A stretch of DNA of 64,000 nucleotides from Balanoglossus misakiensis (GCA_040954595.2 CM082576.2:20383028-20447027); one strand, 5' to 3'; positions 13,442 to 26,019 are shown, numbered from the stretch's first letter. The notes: generated by a model not told the origin, from the letters alone. A program made the numbers and translations.

Positions 13442-13905
13442 AACCCCGGTGCGTAAAAGGCCGGGGATTCGGATTAACGTGTGTTTGTATAGTTGTTTAT
13501 TTGGGAGTGGTCATCGTGCATAACAACTGTGTAATTGATCTCATGTACATTGAAAATAATTGAACACTTTACAACTCCATGCGATTGACAGCTGTTTGAA
13601 TTGCGTGGCCATTGTTTCCCAGGGACGCGATCCATTGTTCTGAAAAGCACTGAAACCAGATTTCTCCCAAAATCATCGTTGTTTCCAAAGCTCGTTTACT
13701 TTTTCGTCGATAACTTTATGTTGTGTGTGTTTATAAAGCCAACTACTGTCAATGTGTGGTGTAATTCTGTATGCTTGGACCTGTTTGGGCCAATTTTCAT
13801 AGAGCCGAGATCGTTGGTATTGTCTGTTGTCAGTCAAACGGCATTAAGATTCGCCACTGATTTGGGGGGGGGGGGGGGGGGCTTTTTATACCCTGCACCG
13901 GGGTT
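13442..13905. mobile_element. TA-flanked MITE with TIR AACCCCGGTGC
   Basis: TA|AACCCCGGTGC...GCACCGGGGTT|TA; close copy in the opposite orientation at 37405-37845. Confidence 0.9.
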
Positions 13906-14324
13906 TATGGACTGCAAACTTGTGCCAGTATTTAGCAGTATTTATTTTCTGTCATATGCAGAACAAGTGATAATCTCTAGCCTTTTACTTAGATATTTCC
14001 ACAGGCTGGATAATGTTATTTCTGATGGATTTGATTTGGTTCTGTTTGTGGAATCATGAACATGAAAAGGGGACAACTTCAATATCAGACACGAATCAAA
14101 CACACCTTTTTTTCAACAAGCTTCCTGAGGAAAATAAACTCTTGTAACACAGCAACCGGGAAAGTTACAATACATACGGAGCTTTAGCCTTTACAATACA
14201 AGCTTATGTGATCCAGGAATGTAAAAACGCCTTCATAATAATGCAGATAACATTTACCAGTATGCCCTTTTCTGATTTTGGATATATTACAAAGTAAATG
14301 GCAATATTTTTATTCACACTGCAG

Positions 14325-14486
14325 GGAGGTATCACTGGTGATAAACTGTCCTACAAGTTGTTGACTGCTGTGTTTGAGAGCATTGCTACAAAGACAGGCA
14401 ACTCACTTATCGCTGCCCATCTTTCACCAACCCCACATGAACTGGCTACCAGACTCCTAGGGCTGACTTTCCTACAGGCTAATCAG
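14325..14486 (+). pseudogene. PRKDC: DNA-PKcs exon f
   Basis: GGITGDKLSYKLLTAVFESIATKTGNSLIAAHLSPTPHELATRLLGLTFLQANQ|gtaatg. Confidence 0.85.
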
Positions 14487-14514
14487 GTAATGATATTCAG
14501 AAGTAAAGAAACTC

Positions 14515-14750
14515 ATTGCCTTACCCTGGAGTACATTTCTAACATGGTTAATCAATATACCCCTTCTCGCTACTTAAGGTCTCAGGAAAAGAACCTTCTG
14601 ACAACAACACAGTACAAGCAAGTCAATTGTGGACGTGCATTTTCTTATGCTACTGCAAAGCTATGGAACTGACAGCTTAATGAGATTTGACTAACACCCA
14701 ATCTTGAGTCTTATTAGATAAAACTGAAGACATATTTGTTTGAAATAGCC
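14515..14750 (+). mobile_element. L2-clade LINE 3' fragment
   Basis: YISNMVNQYTPSRYLRS..GRAFSYATAKLWN..KLKTYLF. Confidence 0.8.
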
Positions 14751-14815
14751 TACAGTGTGTGAACAACCATTGGCCGCCACTGAACAGTACATCGGGATAT
14801 TACCGCCATATAAAT

Positions 14816-15455
14816 GTTTTGATTAGGTCCCATTGGTATGTACCATGGGACCTTATGGGATAGGTTGCGTCTGTATGTATGTATGTATGTATGCATGCAT
14901 GTATGTATGTATGTATGTATGTAACAGTATGTATGTATGTAAGTATGTATGTGTGTATGTGTGTATGTCTGTATGTCCGTCCACATCAAAAACTTAAAAA
15001 ACCTCTGCGTGTATCACCTTGATATTTTGTTTGCAGATGCAGGCTGGGCTGTAGATGGGAGTTCGTTCAAATGAAGTTGTCATTGCCAAAAATATGCAAA
15101 TTAGCTGGGAAACTGTGAATTTGGTCAAAACTCAGTAACTCAAGAACTACTGGTCAGATTGGCTTTACGAAGTGGTGTGTATTTACTTTATTGAGTTGTT
15201 TATATACACAGCAAATTCTTGAATGATTACATAACTGGCTTTAAAGTTTTAAAGAGACCAGCTGTTCTATTTAGTGTATGTACAGTACAAATGCCATTGG
15301 CAGCTTATGGGTCAGTCAGTGCTTGCCCATTGATCTGTCGCTATGTGTGTGTGTGTGTGTCTGTCAGTCTGTATATGTGAAAAAGTGTACTCCGGTGTAC
15401 ACTTTTTCTTGTGCAATTCCTCAATGGGACCATTGTGTCCTTGACACGATTTTTG
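14816..15455 (+). mobile_element. HINE-like element
   Basis: Colinear with 6897-7508; (TGTA)n; ends ATGGGACCATTGTGTCCTTGACACGATTTTT. Confidence 0.75.
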
Positions 15456-15504
15456 ATTGATTGATTGATTGATTAATTGAACTTTGTCATGTTGTTATAA
15501 TATT

Positions 15505-16165
15505 CATTATTACACCTCATGTATTATACCGTATTCATGATTGGCTGAGATGCGCTCACGTGATATAGAAAAAAAAGTGATATAACATGGCTAGAGTTGA
15601 TAAAGCCCTGTCGCGTGCGCTGATATTGGCCGCTGAGTTGTTTTGGTGTTCTGCGTGCGACTTCTGCGCGTACTAACTGTTGTTCAATGGCTTCCTTCAC
15701 GATCAGTCAACTCCCGCATCTATGGCTTCAAAGCGACACATAAGCTTAATACCTGTTCAAATGGACGATATTTTATGCAAACAGACAGTAAATACACCAA
15801 AATCGCAACCAACAGCGCAGTATCCTCAAAATTGTCTGAGTTCGAAGTAGGTATAGTTCTTGGGAGATCGAGACATTTTACATTCTCAGCAACGTACGAC
15901 ATATGGACGCGAGTCTACGTTCTTTTATGCTGTAGTGTATATATGTTCAAATGTTCGGCGTAATAAAATTAATAGCACATGATGCTTGGGCAACATCACG
16001 ATTTGAATCCTGCCCTCGGGCTGGTGCTCTCTAACCACAATATTGATGATACCCTCGCCTGCGGCTCGCCTGCGGCTCGGGCATCATCAATATTGTGGTC
16101 AGAGAGCACCATCCCTCATGCAGGCTTCAAATCGTGATATTGCTCTCTCTATCATGTTTTATTAT
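15505..16165. mobile_element. Hairpin-bearing non-autonomous element (Crypton-like)
   Basis: TTATTACACC start, GATTGGCTGA..CACGTGA, terminal ~190 bp hairpin with CTCGCCTGCGGCTCG loop; homolog at 33103-33733. Confidence 0.7.
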
Positions 16166-16553
16166 TTATGTCTGTTATTGTTAATGTTGTTCCCTACCCT
16201 AGTGTCTCCGCACCATGGCATATCACAGCAGTGTGCCCTCTAGCCCATTTGTCACGCTACTGACTCAACAAGCTCAATGTTCACTCAAGAAAATTATCAA
16301 CACCACATTCAAATGTATAGGGCTGCCTCAGAGAAATTTTTAGATATCCTTAAATTGACTCAAAGCTTTTAAAAATTGTGTTTGTTAAGGGCACACTGCA
16401 CCACACAAAAGCACACCAAAGCACACCAAACCAATGAGTTTATACATGATATTTCTAGCTTTGTGTTTCACTTTCTGGCCGTTTTTCAGTCTTGTGAACA
16501 AGATGTAATACATGTACAGTTCAAAAGAGTTTGATTTCAACTGTTCTCCACAG

Positions 16554-16803
16554 TCAAAAGAGCTTCTAAGAGGGCTTTTGAACAAGACGGCTGTCAAATC
16601 AAGTGCTGCAGAGGTCTACACAGGATATATGGGATAGCCTTCTACAGTCAGTTCAAAATACCCATCAATACCCAGCTTGCATTGCATGCACAGGAAGTCA
16701 CACAGACACTGATGAAGGAGGCAGTGTCAAACTCCACTGTTATTAGTACCATACTGAATGGATTGCTGGATCACATCACCAACAATAGAGACCTTAGGAA
16801 AAA
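16554..16803 (+). pseudogene. PRKDC: DNA-PKcs exon g (frameshifted)
   Basis: SKELLRGLLNKTAVKSSAAEVYTG, shift near 16627, YGIAFYSQFKIPINTQLALHAQEVTQTLMKEAVSNSTVISTILNGLLDHITNNRDLRK. Confidence 0.9.
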
Positions 16804-16829
16804 GTAAGCTTCTCAGAATCAATTGCCAC

Positions 16830-17718
16830 TAAAATTGTGTCCCCTCGGATCTGTGAGTCACCCCAAAATAAATCGCCCCAAAACAGACTGTTTTTGGGTG
16901 ACTCGCAGTCCCTACAAACATAATTATGCTCTTAATGGTACGTGAATACGGCCAGTCCATATGTGTTTTATAACAGACCTCATCCAACAGTAGCATAAAA
17001 TCAGGACATTTCTCCACTGTCATCAAGTTGGTCTCAGGCAAAGATAAAATTGCACTTGTAGTTTTCTGGAGTGTGCATGTCTAGATGGTGCTTTCCAACC
17101 TAGCCAGGCAACAGTTTAACAGTTTTCGGAACTGTTGCCTGACAATGTAACTTTTGACTGGTAAGTCCTCTTTTGTATGTATCAGTGTGAAATTGATGCA
17201 CCCTACATGACTGCACATTATACACATGTTGACTGGCTATAAGGGCATCAGCATACATCTGTAACCCAAGGGAGTGCGAGTCATCCCCAAAACAGACTGT
17301 TTCACTTGACCTTCGCCCTCGGGAAACAGTCTGTTTTGGGGGTGACTCACAGTCCCGAGGGGTGAAAGACGTATGCTGATGCCTGAAAAGCCAGTCAATA
17401 TGTGTTTTGTAACACATCTCATTCGCAGCTACGCATAAGAACTCACGATACAAAAATTGTATGGTGAAATTTCTCAACTATCCTTTCCTTCGGCCGCAGA
17501 TGACATCTTTGTTTGCTTTCCATATCGCACATGCCCAACATGTTGTTTTTGATGTGAGCAGGCATCATTTTTTGGAACTGATGCCCGGCGTGCAACAGTT
17601 CCAACAACTGATGGCTGATGACATCATTTTATATGGATCAGCACAAAAAGAACGCGTACTACTTGACTATTGATTAATGAATGAGAACACTGACTGTGGA
17701 TGAGGTGTGTTATAAACT
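16830..17718. mobile_element. Two adjacent hairpin-bearing elements (Crypton-like)
   Basis: Hairpin CCCCAAAACAGACTGTTTC..GAAACAGTCTGTTTTGGGG at 17240-17385, degenerate copy at 16835-16915; TAACACATCTCAT/ATGAGGTGTGTTA inverted pair. Confidence 0.6.
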
Positions 17719-17868
17719 GATTTCATGATTAAACAAACTTCACACCCATAATTTCAAATACTAAAAAATTGCAACTGGAAAACAGAATTCCATTGTGTAC
17801 ACTACTTGTCATCAAACCCTACTACATCATATTAGTTTTTTGTGGATGTTCTTCAATAATTATTTCAG

Positions 17869-18004
17869 TCAAGGCATGACAGTACACGCAGCCATATTAT
17901 CTAACTGGAATTTATTGAAGTCCTGGTGGAGTGATGGTGCTACTCCTGACCAGAGAAGTTCTGTTATCATTTTGCTGAAGAAACTCTTGCAGATTGATTC
18001 CAAG
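17869..18004 (+). pseudogene. PRKDC: DNA-PKcs exon h
   Basis: QGMTVHAAILSNWNLLKSWWSDGATPDQRSSVIILLKKLLQIDSK. Confidence 0.92.
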
Positions 18005-19957
18005 GTTGGTCATTTGAATCTAAATTAAGCCTGTATGGCACACCATGAAAGCCCCCTGAGCTGCCACATTTCACACATTTTTTCTACAATAAAATATTTT
18101 CCCTATTCTTTAGAATCATCAAGCTGTTTTGCTTGTATTTGTATCAGTTTTGTACACTTTGCATGGAGGCCGATTAAATGAGTGTGTCACCTGTAACCGT
18201 ATGCTTCACATACAATTTACATTTCCTAATGGTAAATAAACTGCCTCTCTCGCTAGCTGGAGAAATGTAAATATATTGCAGATCCTGTGGTATTACCGAG
18301 TGAAGTTATCGGTCTATGAATTTTGAATTATGTCTCCGGACAACTCATTGTGCACACTTTTATTTGTAATGTTTCAAAAAGTAAACACCCAATTAAGGTG
18401 GTTGGAAATGCTAGGGTGTCAGTTAAAATTTCATTTAAAACCACTGAATTTATATCTAAAAATGTATTTGAGAAAAATTATAACATTGAAAAATTCTGGG
18501 CAATAAACGTGTAACAAGATATGGCTGGTTTTATGATAGCTAATTTCATACACCTGACAAGGAAGCTAGGGAGTCTTATTATCGACGGCATATAATTGAG
18601 GTTGTTTGAAAAATCTGTAAATTCTCCACTGCCACTCGATAGAACATCTTTTTACGCCAACGGAGTGAGCTCGACTCTTGATTGGCAATGGTTGACTGCG
18701 TTATGTGCGTATGATTGACTGCCGTGTTCGACCGGTCCATGTTCAGATTCTTCCCCTGTCCTGCTTGGACTAGTAGTCTCTCTTGGCCCTGGCTGCTTGT
18801 ACGTTTGACACGTTTTGCTGTAAGTCCACTTTCGGACTTAAAAATTGAAGCTTTCGCATCAATTTTTCCCCAATCGTGTCACGCTCACGGAACAGGCAAA
18901 CGCATATACTCAACCAGCGATGTAGGACTCCCACAGCGACTTGTTGCTATACAAGACGCTACGCATGCGCACAAGGACGGGTTCCCCTAGCCAAGGGCAT
19001 TTAAATGTAACTTGCAAACACTGATTCTTGCAATATTCAGCGATAGATAGCCTTGCTTGTACATTAAAGGCTGCCAAATTATGGACATTTTTACGCTTCT
19101 TGGGAACCCCAAAGGCCAGCGGAAAGGAGTTTGACCCAGATAAATGCGATCCTTCGCCGTGAACTGCCGCTAAACTTTGCGTATTTCGCTACTTTTCTGC
19201 CCTTCGCCATAATGTTATGGTTTTTATTTGTGATTGAATTGGTATGCCAGATAATTTTTTTATCATGAAACTTTCAGGAAAGGCTCGGAACATCCAAAAG
19301 AACAATTTAACGGAGCAGTTTTTGCATAAATTTTCCCGGTGTGTTTTTGCAGCACGTTCAAGTTGTATACAAAATATCAACAAAAACTGTTTTTAGGTCC
19401 CATGGGTATAGGCCTATATACCATGGGACCTTATGGGATGGGTTGCGTCTGTATGTATGTATGGATGGATGGATGTATGTATGGATGTATGGATGTATGT
19501 CTGTATGTCCGTCCACATCAAAAACTTGAAAACCGCTGCGCGTATCACGTCAATATTTGGTGTGTAGGTGCAGGCTGGGCTGTAGATGGGAGTTTGTCCA
19601 AACGAAGTTGCCAGGCCCAAAAATATGCAAATTAGCTTGTAAAATGTGAAATTGATCAAAACTCTGTAAGTCAACAATTACTGGTCAGTTTCCTTTGAAA
19701 ATTTTATGTATGTACCTTTTGTCAACCTCACACCGACCTGTAAGTGTTAAATTGATATCATGGATGTTTTATTTTTTATGAATTTTTTATTAAATTTATA
19801 CCTTTACTTATACCTCTATGGTTAAGCTATGTGCACACCTTATTGTGGAATTCTGGTCTGTGCAATAGTCCTGTACAGTGACTGTCTATTGGTCAGTGAG
19901 CACAATTGGGCCAAAATAAAAGGCAAATTTTTGGGCTCACCTGTAACACCTGCTTAA

Positions 19958-21110
19958 AGAGGAACGACACCCTCAATTTTGGGCTTCAAAGTACAAACCG
20001 GGTGTCAAAAACGGCAACGTTCTGATGGGTATATTCACTTTCACTTCCTGCGCAAGCAGAAGACGCGAGTTGAAAATACTACAGTGACGTCAGCAACTTA
20101 CACGTTCGACGTGTCATTTCCAATAAACAGACACATTTTGCGCGGATCTGACATGGCGAAATGTCAAGTTCATGATTTTAAAAACATATTCGGAAAATCG
20201 ACGGGGATAAGTTTCTTTCAAAGGCAATGCTCTTCGTGTATTGTATTTGTCGATGCGTGCAGACATAGACCCTGCAATGTCCATGATGCCATGCATGTCG
20301 ACGTTTATGAACAAACCGTAAGGCCTATACAAAGTTGTTCTAACTGCCGCTGATAATAATAAACGTACCGTTTTAAATCCTTCCTGCACGTTTTTTGGTA
20401 CACGTATTTGGGTTTAATTTCCATTTATTGACGATCGCATAGTTATCAAATGAAAGCAACTAAAAAGGGCAGTTTTAATACATTTCAAGAGACGAAACAT
20501 GCATACAATAACTATAGTATTGGCTTCCATTATACTACGGACGTACTACACCTGGAGAGCAGGACGATGCACCTGCGTTCTTTTCAACTCCATAAAAGGT
20601 GACTAAGTATTTTTGTAAGAAAAGTGGTTCGAAAAGGTGACAACGAGGGAGAGACAACGAGGGAGGGTATTGTTTAATTGCAGCATTGTCTGTTTCACCA
20701 TGGAGGTACCCTAGGGCCTATGGTTTCACTGAAACCACACCAAGTGTAAGCCTTGACAAACGGGACACATCGGAGATCAGAACTGCATGAACTTTTGTCC
20801 TCTGTAAAATTCAGTCGCTTGGTCGTAGAAGGGAATCTCTGGTTCAAAATTGTAGCCTACTACCCGAGAATATGTTGCCATGCTAACGTCGTCGGTCGCG
20901 TGAGTGCAGGCGTGTATAAGCATAAGCTCGCTCCAACGCGTCGGCAGCGGACAACAGTTGCTGACGTCACTCACTTCCGGGTTCGCGCAGTTTTTGGCTG
21001 GCTGTAGCTCTGTTATGCGTAAGTGAAAGTGAATGAAACCAACGTTTTTCATAGTACTTTTTAATCGCATTTCGCAGAATTGGCTCAAAAACGGATCACA
21101 ACGTTCCACT
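19958..21110. mobile_element. TTAA-flanked DNA transposon relic (Kolobok-like)
   Basis: TTAA|AGAGGAACG...CGTTCCACT|TTAA; the flanks rejoin into one host satellite unit. Confidence 0.7.
20699..20722. mobile_element. Probable P-superfamily excision footprint
   Basis: GTTTCAC|CATGGAGGTACCCTAGGGCCTATG|GTTTCAC; the right end resembles the TIR of 47767-49418. Confidence 0.6.
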
Positions 21111-21917
21111 TTAACACATTAATTATGTGCATACCTAATTCCGGGCTAACTAATAGGGCTAGAGGTTTCGTTCTTGTGGGACATGGACCAGTATAGGGTC
21201 AAAATTTCTTGCCCAAATTTTGGGTGACCTCAGGTGACCTTTGACCTACTTTCCTATATCTCGGCATCCAGAGCAGGTACAGACTTGGCGTTTGGAGGGT
21301 TGGGACTAAAATTGAAAAGCCAAAATATGGGTCACCTGTGACACCTGCATATCTCATTTAATTATGTGCATACCTAATTACAGGCTAACCAATAGGGCTA
21401 TAGGTTTGGTTTTTGTGGAAGTATAGGGTCAAAATTTCTTGCCCTAATTTTGCATGACCTCAGGTGACCTTTGACCTACTTTTCCATATCTTGGCATCCA
21501 GAGCAGATATGATTATTGCTATGTTGCTATGTGCTATGTCCTCAAATGGGACCACAGTGTCCTTGACGCTATATTTTCCTGACTGATAACTTAAAAAAAA
21601 TAAGTTTATGCTGAAAATGTCCCGTACATTGCTTGAGGGGTTGCTTAATATTAAAATGAATACAAATTATTCAATAATTTGTGAAAACATGTCAAGATTC
21701 AATGAATGTTTTGTAAAATTATGAATATTTATATTTAGGCCTATCAAATTTCATAATTTTAGCAGGTATTTTTACAGTCATATTTTTCCCTCACTTTTTA
21801 GTTTGTTAACAAAAACTTGCTGCAAATTTCAAGTCATTATCTTTATTCTAACTTGTGAAAATAAATTCACAAACATTGAGAGAATTTGCTTCAAAAATAG
21901 CCTTTCCAACCACTTAA

Positions 21918-22713
21918 AATGGGTCCCCCTGATCTTTTTGCCCGTTGCTATAGGCCTTTATAGGACACTACACTCAATTTTGATCGCAACCGTTATGAAC
22001 GTCCGACAAGGGGCTTGTAACTAGTTAAAAATACACATGATTGTGTGCACACCCCCTGTCTGAGTATGGTTACGGCAGCTACCGCCCGGACATAGGCCGC
22101 CACGCTAATACGGCAAAGCAGCGGTCAGCGATAGCGTGCGCGTCCTGTAACCACAGTAACTGGATCGAACGCTAAAAATCCAATGTTTTGTACACAGAGA
22201 TTTTGTACCGTTCACGAAAATCCCTAAGGCTTTTTTCACAGGCGACGTAGGCTAGCCAAATTTGACCTGCTTGTTGAGAACGCACCTCCGCACAGTGTGA
22301 CGGATCGTTTTTTCGGTTTTCGTCGTGCTAAGAAGCGATACCGGTGGAAGAGTGCGTCCAAAAACACCCAAAATCGATGACTTTTTCAGGTGTGGTACGG
22401 GTATGCTGAAATCGTAGGATACAACGATAATATTTGAAAGCAAAATCCGTCACGATCTTCCCTGGTTCAAGCAACTAATGAATACGTATCAAGTTCGTTT
22501 TTGAGGTCACGGAATAAAAAGCCTTAGGCTTTTTGAAATTTGACCTAGCTAATTTGCATATCAATGGCGTCAGGGGGCACGCGCTCACAATCGTGCAGAT
22601 TTTCAACTAGTTACCAGCCCCTTGTTAGACTCTGAAAACGGCTTAGTCCAAATCGGGGTGTAATGTCCTACAAAGGCCCATAGCAACGGGCAAAAAGATC
22701 CGGGGGACCCATC
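21918..22713. mobile_element. TTAA-flanked TIR element (Kolobok-like)
   Basis: ~45 bp TIR ATGGGTCCCCC..GATCTTTTTGCCCGTTGCTAT; TTAA on both sides; homolog at 23785-24566. Confidence 0.85.
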
Positions 22714-22717
22714 TTAA

Positions 22718-23060
22718 AGGGACAAAGTCTCTCTCTCGCTGCCCCTTTTCCATTAATTATGTTTGATACAAGACACCGTTTATGTTATTGTACATTTAGA
22801 TATAGTGAATCAGCGTTCAACCACACAGAACTTCCATCCTGTTTGTAGGATATGAGAGTAAAATCTCACCCAAATGAAAAAATGGTGAACACTGATTATT
22901 CATTTTGGAGAGCGTTTCCCTATCGTGCCTTCAAAAGGGATGGAAGTTGTGTGTGGTCAAACGTGATTCACTATATATCCACATGTAGAATAACATAAAC
23001 GGTGTCTTGTATCAATCATAATTAATGAAAAAAGGGCAGCAAGAGAGAGACTTTGTCCCT
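22718..23060. mobile_element. Palindromic MITE (Kolobok-like)
   Basis: TTAA|AGGGACAAAGTCTCTCTC...GAGAGAGACTTTGTCCCT; same family as 10271-10610. Confidence 0.85.
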
Positions 23061-23153
23061 ATAAAAGGAGTTTTTACCTTATACTTCTTTGAATTAAAGT
23101 AAAAAGAATCATTTTTGTGACACAACAGCTTTAATTTTGATTGATATTTTTCA

Positions 23154-23565
23154 GGATGTACGCGCAGAACATAAACCGGAAACAGTGCGCGCCCGGTCTT
23201 TTTCGCATAGGATTACATTGAAAATTGCTAGAAAACAAACTTCTACTATTGTCATTTTCACGAAATTTTACACATAGCTCAGTCCAGCAAATATAAATTC
23301 ATTGGTCAAATAAAATATAGGGGTCACCGCGCTCTATTTTTAGATAAATTGCGTCAAAAATTTTGCCCATAGACAAACCATTGGTGAAAAATGCTGAGTC
23401 AGCAGTTTTCTTCTATTATCGACTAAATTCATGGCTCTTTATTTCAAAAACAAGCGCGGTTACCCCTATATTTTATCACGGATTTTCATTATACATACAA
23501 AGGAGAATCCAAAAATCCACAATTAAAAAAATGATAATACTTTCCATTTTACTGAACGTACATCC
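23154..23565. mobile_element. Kolobok-like MITE
   Basis: GGATGTACG...CGTACATCC|TTAA; inverted homolog at 38641-38985. Confidence 0.75.
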
Positions 23566-23602
23566 TTAATGCAACAAGTGTTCTTCTATTCTTTGTTCTC
23601 AG

Positions 23603-23760
23603 TTGTCTTCGGATCCCAAACATGTGGCTTTCAAACCAGTTTTTGAAATGTACCTGGCTGAGCTGTCAAATGCTGCCACATCACTGGCATTCAAAAGCCG
23701 TGTCTTGGATATTCTTTACTTCTTTGCAAGGTTACCACAGCCAGAACTTGCACAGCTACA
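23603..23760 (+). pseudogene. PRKDC: DNA-PKcs exon i
   Basis: LSSDPKHVAFKPVFEMYLAELSNAATSLAFKSRVLDILYFFARLPQPELAQL|gtgagt. Confidence 0.88.
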
Positions 23761-23784
23761 GTGAGTACATATTTCAGGTGTTAA

Positions 23785-24566
23785 GATGAGGCACCCTTAT
23801 CTTTTGGCCATTGCTGTGGGCCTTTACAGGAGAGTTGACTCGCTTTTGAACAAAACCACTATGAACGTCCAACAAGGGGCTTGTTACTGTAGTTAAAATA
23901 TGTACGATTGTGTGCACACCCTGTATCCAAGTATGGATACGGGAGCTACCAACCGGCCATAGGCCACCATGCTAGTACGGCAAAGCAATGGTCAGCGCCA
24001 GCGTGAGTATCCTGTAACCACAGTAACTGGATCAAACACTAAAATTCCACTGATTTTGTACACTGGATTTAGTATCGTAAAAAAAAATCCCTAAGACATT
24101 TTGTACAGGCCACGTACGCTAGTCCGATTTCACCTGTTCACAGAGAACACACTTCCGCATAGCGTGAAGGATCGATTTAGCGGTTATCAACGCACAAAGA
24201 GCGATACCGATGGAAGAGTGCGTCCAAAAACACCCAAAATCGGTGACTTGTTCAGGGGTGGTATATGTATGCTGAAATCCACAGATACAACAACCATATT
24301 CGAAAACAAATTCCTTCACGGTCTTCTCTGGTTCGAGCACCTAACAAATATGTAATCAATTTCGTTTTTGACGTCACAGACTGAAAAGTGGTAGGATTTT
24401 GAAATTTGAGTTAGCTAATTTTCATATGAATGGCTTCAGGGGGCACGCGCTCACAATTGTGCAGATTTTCAACTAGGTACCAGCCCCTTCTTAGACTGGT
24501 CCAAATCTGGGTGTAATGTCCCAAAGCGACCGATAGCAATGGGTAAAATGATATGGGTGCCCCATC
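23785..24566. mobile_element. TTAA-flanked TIR element (Kolobok-like), diverged copy
   Basis: TTAA|GATGAGGCACCC...GGGTGCCCCATC|TTAA; colinear with 21918-22713. Confidence 0.85.
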
Positions 24567-24806
24567 TTAAGGATATAGAGTCATTTCAGTTAAAAAGTAT
24601 TGTCATTTCTTAGGATTCTTGACTTAGTACATCATAACATGTTATTGAAATCCATATCTAGTTTAGTGAAATACAAGGCCGTGAATTTAGAGGATAAATG
24701 GATAAAATATGATCACATTTTTACAGGTACCATTTGGTATTTGTATATATATACATGTATCATTGGGACCTTTAATAAAATTCTATTCACAAAAAATATA
24801 TTTCAG

Positions 24807-24909
24807 AGGTTGTCTGAACAATATGGTAGCTGATAATTTTCCCTTGAAATCATCATAATTTAATGTTGGCAGCCAGAAATACAATGATTATGTGGGAGCT
24901 TTTGGAAAG
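24807..24909 (+). pseudogene. PRKDC: DNA-PKcs exon j (TAA stop)
   Basis: GCLNNMVADNFPLKSS*FNVGSQKYNDYVGAFGK|gtgaga; TAA at 24856-24858 where Glu is expected. Confidence 0.9.
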
Positions 24910-25059
24910 GTGAGAGTTATGCTGTATAATTATGTGGTTTTGGTTTCAAGAACATTAATTTTTTTATGTAGAGCATTACATAATAAATTATCAGAATGCA
25001 CCATTGAACGATAAACTGTCAACAGTAAACAGAGTACCTAATGGGGAACAATATATGTA

Positions 25060-25490
25060 ATATAGTGCAGGAGCTTAACCCCACATTTTGGCATAATTGT
25101 GCACTTTGGGTTAAAAGCATAAAACTTGGTACACTTATGCATTGACCCATGGCGGCCATTTTCTGATATGGATCCAAAATGACAGCGCCCTCTAGTGGCC
25201 AGAAACAGACATTCATACTTAAAAATTGTGCACTTTGGGTTAAAAGCATGAAATTTGGTACAATTATTCATTGACCCATGGCGGACATTTTCCAATATGG
25301 ATCCTAAAAGACAGCGCCCTCTAGTGGCTAGAAACTGACATTTACACTTTTCCCCCCATTAATGACACTTTTTGGGCAAGTTTAACACTCAGAGACAGGA
25401 ATGTGGGTTGTAAAACATGCTTGCTGCCATACATCCCTTTGAATATTATCCTAATCCTGATGTACATGCATCAGATCAATCTTGTATGTT
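25060..25490 (-). mobile_element. Helitron/Helentron-like repeat with ~130 bp internal tandem units
   Basis: Reverse complement of 12700-12872 (..AAGCTCCTGCACTA end); repeated GACAGCGCCCTCTAGTGGC units. Confidence 0.55.
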
Positions 25491-26019
25491 ACTAATTGAA
25501 CGATTTGTTCTTCGAAATAACAACCAGTTCAATACACAAAGTCATGCAAAGGGGTAATACAACACCTCTTCTCCAGAAATTCAAGGGTTCTCGAGAATAC
25601 AGGCAGCTCCTAAAGAACACGTGCTGTGAGAAACTTAGCAAAGCTATATCAAACCAACAGAATCCCAGTGGAAATCAAGTTGGACAACTCTTAGTCAAGC
25701 CCAAGAAAAGAGTCAACCTCAGGAAATCAGTGGCCAAAAGTCATGCACATGTTTCTGTAGGTGCTTTAGGTCTAGTCTGACAGCAGTGGACATTGTTACT
25801 GTGAAGGAAGATGTAATCAAGATTGATCTGATACATGTATATCAGGATTAGGATAATATACACATGAATGTATGGTAGCAAGCATGTTTTACAACCCACA
25901 TTCCTGTTTCTGAGTGTTACAAATGACCAAAAAGTGCCATTAATGGGGGGAAAGTGTGAATGTCTGTTTCTGGCCAATAGAGGGCGCTGTCATTTTGGCC
26001 TACTTTACCATATCTTAAT

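Larger units (their letters stand above)
19388..21557 (+). mobile_element. HINE-like element with internal satellite units and a nested insertion
   Basis: Family start at 19388, family end ATGGGACCACAGTGTCCTTGACGCTATATTT at ~21550; tandem units at 21115-21510. Confidence 0.65.
6482..24909 (+). pseudogene. PRKDC: Partial unprocessed DNA-PKcs pseudogene (10 consecutive exons, middle HEAT region)
   Basis: Exons splice with compatible phases and translate colinearly with recalled vertebrate DNA-PKcs (WxDxLLAALxCY; CTxxVRxxxF; PxSxGFxxGDV; QLHxAxLL; LNGxLD; SWW..LxKxLQIDS; FPxxSxEF..NxYV). 4 in-frame stops and 2 frameshifts; no upstream or downstream PRKDC exons seen. Confidence 0.93.

Noticed and set aside
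18028-19385. Another TTAA-initiated DNA transposon
   Set aside because: It looks TE-like but I could not find a matching second end or a second copy.
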